Positions 60,381 to 64,000 of a stretch of DNA of 64,000 nt are shown here, one piece after another. The DNA comes from Desulfosudaceae bacterium (lineage in GTDB: Bacteria > Desulfobacterota > Desulfobacteria > Desulfobacterales > Desulfosudaceae). The translations under genes and the position numbers were made by a program. The notes beneath the pieces are model-generated. The model was not told the origin of the DNA and made no database searches. It saw only the letters and a list, made by a program, of their open reading frames with translations. The stretch covers positions 992,001-1,056,000 of the forward strand of contig CAXXDV010000001.1 in the NCBI GenBank assembly GCA_963674745.2, written 5' to 3'. The first letter of the stretch is position 1; every line of letters begins with the position of its first letter.

Positions 60381-61865
60381 TCACAATAACCGGCCGACGT
60401 CAAAGTTGAACAGGTCAATTCGGTTGGCCTGGTTGCTGCCTTCGTAAATCTGGGTAATCTTGGCATCCCGGAAGCATTTCTCCAGACCGTGGCTCTGATC
60501 CATCCCCTCAAGCCCGACGATATCAAGCATCCGGGAAGCGGTTTTCACGGCCAGGTCGGTGCCCGCGACCTTGACAGCCGAGCCGTGACGGACAAACGCT
60601 TCGATCGTATCATCATCAACCAGACGATTTTTCAAATATGTTCCGGCCTGGTCCAGAAATTGTCTGTTGGCCAGGGCCGCCACCGCCCCGGAAAGCAACA
60701 GCGACCGGGGCAGTAAATTCAGTGCTGCCCGAACCGGCATCGCTTCGAACAACTGCCAGGCATGCCGCGTATCCAGCGCGATAGCGAAATTATAACAGGC
60801 GTTTCTGACGGATGTCATTTCCTGAATGGTGTCCGCGATCATAAAGCGCACCCAGTCTTCATCAATCAACCGATGATCCCCGACCTTTTTTCCGGCCGCA
60901 TAGACTAGGCAGCGCTCCAGGGCCCCGCGGGCCAGGCCCACGCCGGCCATCCCGATATACCCCCGCGTGATGGAGAGGATTTCCCGGGTATGCCGCAATC
61001 CGCGGCCGGGGGGTTCCCACATGTTTTCATCCGGCACAAAAACATCTTTGAAAAACAGCTCTGCCGTTTGGCTGGCTTTCTGGCCGCACTTGCGCTCCAC
61101 CCGCCCCACGGAAAAGCCTTCACTGGACGAGGGAATCAGAAAAGTGGCCATGGTTTCCAGGGGAGCGTCCGGATCAACGGGAATATTGGCCAGCACAAAA
61201 TGGGCCAGGCTGCCGTTGGTGATAAAACACTTGGTCCCGTTGAGCAGATATCCACCCGAAACCTTTTTGGCGGAAGTGGACGATCGCATGGCCGCCATGG
61301 CCTCGCCTTCTTCCATGTCGGTGCCGGCAGAGGGTTCGGTAATGGCCCAGGACCAGAAAAGCGGTTCCCCCTTCTTCTGAGCGTCAACCATCTGACGGAT
61401 GATGTTCATGATGATGCCGGTCCGGCATTCCACCATGGCGCCCAGCAGCCCGAAGGTATTAAACGCTATATTACTGGCGGTCGCCAGGCAGACACTGGAC
61501 AGCTCTTCAACCATAACGGCATTGGCCAGGGCATGCCATCCCAGGCCGCCGATCTGTTCGGGAATCGAAGCGATGGTCAGTTTCAAGGCGTTAGCCTTGC
61601 GCCAGAGGTCCCAGTCGAAATAGCGGGGATCTTCGCTGCAGCGCCGGTCGGTCTGCAAAATGCCCGGCAGCATCTCCTGTCGGGCGAACCGGCGGGCGAT
61701 AACCTGAGCCTGTTCGGCTTTTTTGATATAGGCGGGACAGGTCTTTTTCAGCTTACCCAGGGCCGGAAGGTTTTGAACCAGATCCGGGGCCTGGGCATGA
61801 ATGCCAAATTTTAAGTCAGGAATATCCATTTTCGGTAATTTTCCTGAAAAGTACAAAAGAGACAT
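60381..61865 (-). CDS. Acyl-CoA dehydrogenase
   Basis: WAITEPSAGTD, NGTKCFITNG, FRDAKITQIYEGSN. Confidence 0.92.
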   Translation of the reverse strand: MSLLYFSGKLPKMDIPDLKFGIHAQAPDLVQNLPALGKLKKTCPAYIKKAEQAQVIARRFARQEMLPGILQTDRRCSEDPRYFDWDLWRKANALKLTIASIPEQIGGLGWHALANAVMVEELSSVCLATASNIAFNTFGLLGAMVECRTGIIMNIIRQMVDAQKKGEPLFWSWAITEPSAGTDMEEGEAMAAMRSSTSAKKVSGGYLLNGTKCFITNGSLAHFVLANIPVDPDAPLETMATFLIPSSSEGFSVGRVERKCGQKASQTAELFFKDVFVPDENMWEPPGRGLRHTREILSITRGYIGMAGVGLARGALERCLVYAAGKKVGDHRLIDEDWVRFMIADTIQEMTSVRNACYNFAIALDTRHAWQLFEAMPVRAALNLLPRSLLLSGAVAALANRQFLDQAGTYLKNRLVDDDTIEAFVRHGSAVKVAGTDLAVKTASRMLDIVGLEGMDQSHGLEKCFRDAKITQIYEGSNQANRIDLFNFDVGRLL

Positions 61866-62109
61866 TTAAAGTTGTTTAACATTTATCTAAACAAATACCA
61901 TAGAATGGCATAAAAAAAAATATTTTTGGTTTGTGAGCGCTTGTTTTCGTGGTGCCCGAATCGGGAGGCGGCCATAAGTCGGCGCCTTATGATTGCCCCG
62001 GGTGAAAACATTGACTTGGCGAAAGACTCCTGCTATCCAGTTTATTTCATGCGTCTATCCGCTAAAAAAAACGTCATGCCCTGATTATCCCGGACAAGAG
62101 GATAATGAA

Positions 62110-63153
62110 ATGATCAATGAAAAAGAGCGCAATGTTTCCCTTGACGTGATTCGGGCGGTTTCCATGCCCATTATTATTTTTTTTCACTACAACTGTGCCA
62201 CGACACGCATTATTTCAAAAGATGTGTTTCTATTAAAAGGCTTCGGATACGCCGGTCTCATCGGTGTCAGCATGTTTCTGATTTTATCCGGTGCCGGCCT
62301 CACCCTGAGCACAAAGCAGAACTTCCGCCCGGCGACTTTTTTCAAAAAGCGCTTTCTGGCAATTTATCCGCTGTTCTGGACGGTATATATCCTGTTTGTG
62401 CTGGGTGGCATCCTGCTCGGAATTGACCTGTTTGCGGACAGGCGTCCGGCACCGGCCAGTTTTATCTATACCATACTGGCCGTTGACGGTCTCATGACTT
62501 ACCGGGGTCCGAATTACTATTTAATCGGGGAGTGGTTTCTGGGCTGTATTCTGATACTTTACCTTTTATACCCGATCATCAGATACCTGATCGACTTGAA
62601 CAGGCACCTGGTATTGCTGGCATGCCTGACCCTGTGCCTGATACTGGGAAAAACATATCACCTGGGAATGCCCTTATCATGGTTCCCTTTGTACCGGCTG
62701 TTTGAATTTGTTTTTGGTATGTATTTTATCTCCCTTAACACCCAAAAGAGCCGGCCCATGAGCCTCCTACTGCTGTCCGGTACAGGGGCCGGCATCCTGG
62801 CCATATTCCTTTCCGGTATCCGCGGCAGTGGTTTTATCCCCACTATCGGTCTGGGAACACTCTGCTTTGTTTTCACGGCCGGCCTGTCTGACCTCACAAA
62901 GCCCCAGTGGCCGATGTTCAAAAAGGCGGTCCGGTTTTTAAGCCGATATTCCTACGCGGCCTTCTTATTACACCATCTCATGCTGGTCCAGATTGTAAAA
63001 ACACTGCCGGATTATCTTACATCACCTTATTATAACTGGACGGTTTTTGGCTTGACGCTGGTACTTGTTTATATCGCCGCTTATGTGGTGGATAATGCCG
63101 TCAGGTGGCTTCTGATCAGGCCTGTTGCCGCGCTGAAAAAAACTTATTATTAA
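62110..63153 (+). CDS. Acyltransferase-3 family membrane protein
   Basis: LDVIRA..H, GVSMFLILSG, FFKKRF..IYP, W(F)LG, SYAAFLLH; probable ATG at 62110. Confidence 0.88.
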   Translation: MINEKERNVSLDVIRAVSMPIIIFFHYNCATTRIISKDVFLLKGFGYAGLIGVSMFLILSGAGLTLSTKQNFRPATFFKKRFLAIYPLFWTVYILFVLGGILLGIDLFADRRPAPASFIYTILAVDGLMTYRGPNYYLIGEWFLGCILILYLLYPIIRYLIDLNRHLVLLACLTLCLILGKTYHLGMPLSWFPLYRLFEFVFGMYFISLNTQKSRPMSLLLLSGTGAGILAIFLSGIRGSGFIPTIGLGTLCFVFTAGLSDLTKPQWPMFKKAVRFLSRYSYAAFLLHHLMLVQIVKTLPDYLTSPYYNWTVFGLTLVLVYIAAYVVDNAVRWLLIRPVAALKKTYY

Positions 63154-63222
63154 CGGGCGCCTTTAAAAAATAAAATTTTGGTTCGAGATCCAGGCGGGTT
63201 AAAGGCAATTTTTATAGGCACC

Positions 63223-63420
63223 CTATATTTTCTGGATCTTTTCGAACTCGACCGCAAGGGGCTTTATCTCTTCTTCCCGGCCGAGTTCGCGCAATTTTTC
63301 TCTGAGCTTTTCCGTTTCCTGGCGAAGTTGGGGCAGCACTTCTTTTTTGATTTTTTCCTGCGCGGCATTACCCGAATGCGCCATTTCTTCGGCCAGAAGC
63401 CTTAGTTCGTTAAAGCCAGT
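63223..63420 (-). pseudogene. Possible 3' remnant of a coiled-coil protein gene
   Basis: ELRLLAEEMAHSG...EKIQKI reads as real coiled-coil protein but has no clear RBS/start. Confidence 0.35.
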
Positions 63421-63445
63421 ATTTTTTTGGCACGGCCGCCCCTCT

Positions 63446-64000
63446 TTATTGGCCACCCCGCACGGCACGAACGTAGTATTCGAATGACGTTTTATAACTG
63501 TAGCCGTAAATTATGCCGGAGTAACTGACATGCCAGGCATATTTGGAATTTTCGACGCGCGTCGTGGACGACCAGTAATTGGACGCCTGCGTATCCGGAA
63601 AATAAGCGGTATCAATCCCCAGGTTTGTATACAGGTCGTCCTGTACGATTGATTCCAGCTCCTTTATCGTCGGGAGGCGCCAGTCGTCATAACCGGCCAG
63701 TTCAAGGTCCTCGCACCAGGCCAGGGCATCCAGCCAGATCATTTTATCCCCGGCTGTGGCCTGCATCCACATCAGACCGGTCACGTTATGTGTAACCGTA
63801 CCGTCTCCGTTATCCGTAAAATCATTATAGGTTTTATTTCCGCGAACGGCCCGCACAAAAAATTCAGCCGCTTTGTCCTCGTCGTTGGCAGCTCCGCCTC
63901 TGAACGATACCCCCCAGGCCTGCCCGTCATAAGCCGGGGGTGTTGTCGATGCCCAGTAATAGGAATAGACAGGCGTATTGGGAAAATAATTTTCATCAAT
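63446..64000 (-). CDS. DUF1566 (Lcl C-terminal) repeat protein, 3' part
   Basis: Open from the window end (IDENYFPNT..YYWAST..VRAVRG), then DNGDGTV..TGLMW..GYDDWRLPTIKEL..YWSST..VRAVRGG. Confidence 0.88.
   Translation of the reverse strand: MDENYFPNTPVYSYYWASTTPPAYDGQAWGVSFRGGAANDEDKAAEFFVRAVRGNKTYNDFTDNGDGTVTHNVTGLMWMQATAGDKMIWLDALAWCEDLELAGYDDWRLPTIKELESIVQDDLYTNLGIDTAYFPDTQASNYWSSTTRVENSKYAWHVSYSGIIYGYSYKTSFEYYVRAVRGGQ

Overview
This is chromosomal DNA from an anaerobic delta-proteobacterium, most likely of the Desulfobacterales/Desulfosarcina type. That assignment is inferred from gene content: Fe-S proteins, an AOR-family enzyme, a glycyl radical enzyme, acyl-CoA dehydrogenases, a CFI-box surface protein and a GEMM riboswitch. 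The window holds about 50 mostly metabolic or regulatory genes and no rRNA, tRNA or CRISPR array. Five things stand out. (1) An unannotated 56-codon membrane ORF with an in-frame UGA followed by a SECIS-like hairpin leads the copZ-copA operon and is a candidate new selenoprotein (U-x4-C). (2) A complete GEMM-I (cyclic-dinucleotide) riboswitch with an overlapping terminator lies upstream of a sulfotransferase + alpha/beta-hydrolase operon, 1.7 kb from a GAF-GGDEF enzyme carrying the Hypr (3',3'-cGAMP synthase) Asp->Ser signature. (3) An AT-rich defence-like islet contains a patatin phospholipase, an S24 repressor, an N6-methyltransferase-TRD protein and a separate PD-(D/E)XK nuclease, plus an AAA/DUF4143 remnant. 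(4) There is a hipBA-like module with clear operator palindromes. (5) An orphan glycyl radical enzyme, an orphan DctP with a duplicated N-terminal domain, and REP- and MITE-like repeats are also present. Family assignments come from motif recognition by eye; no database searches were run.
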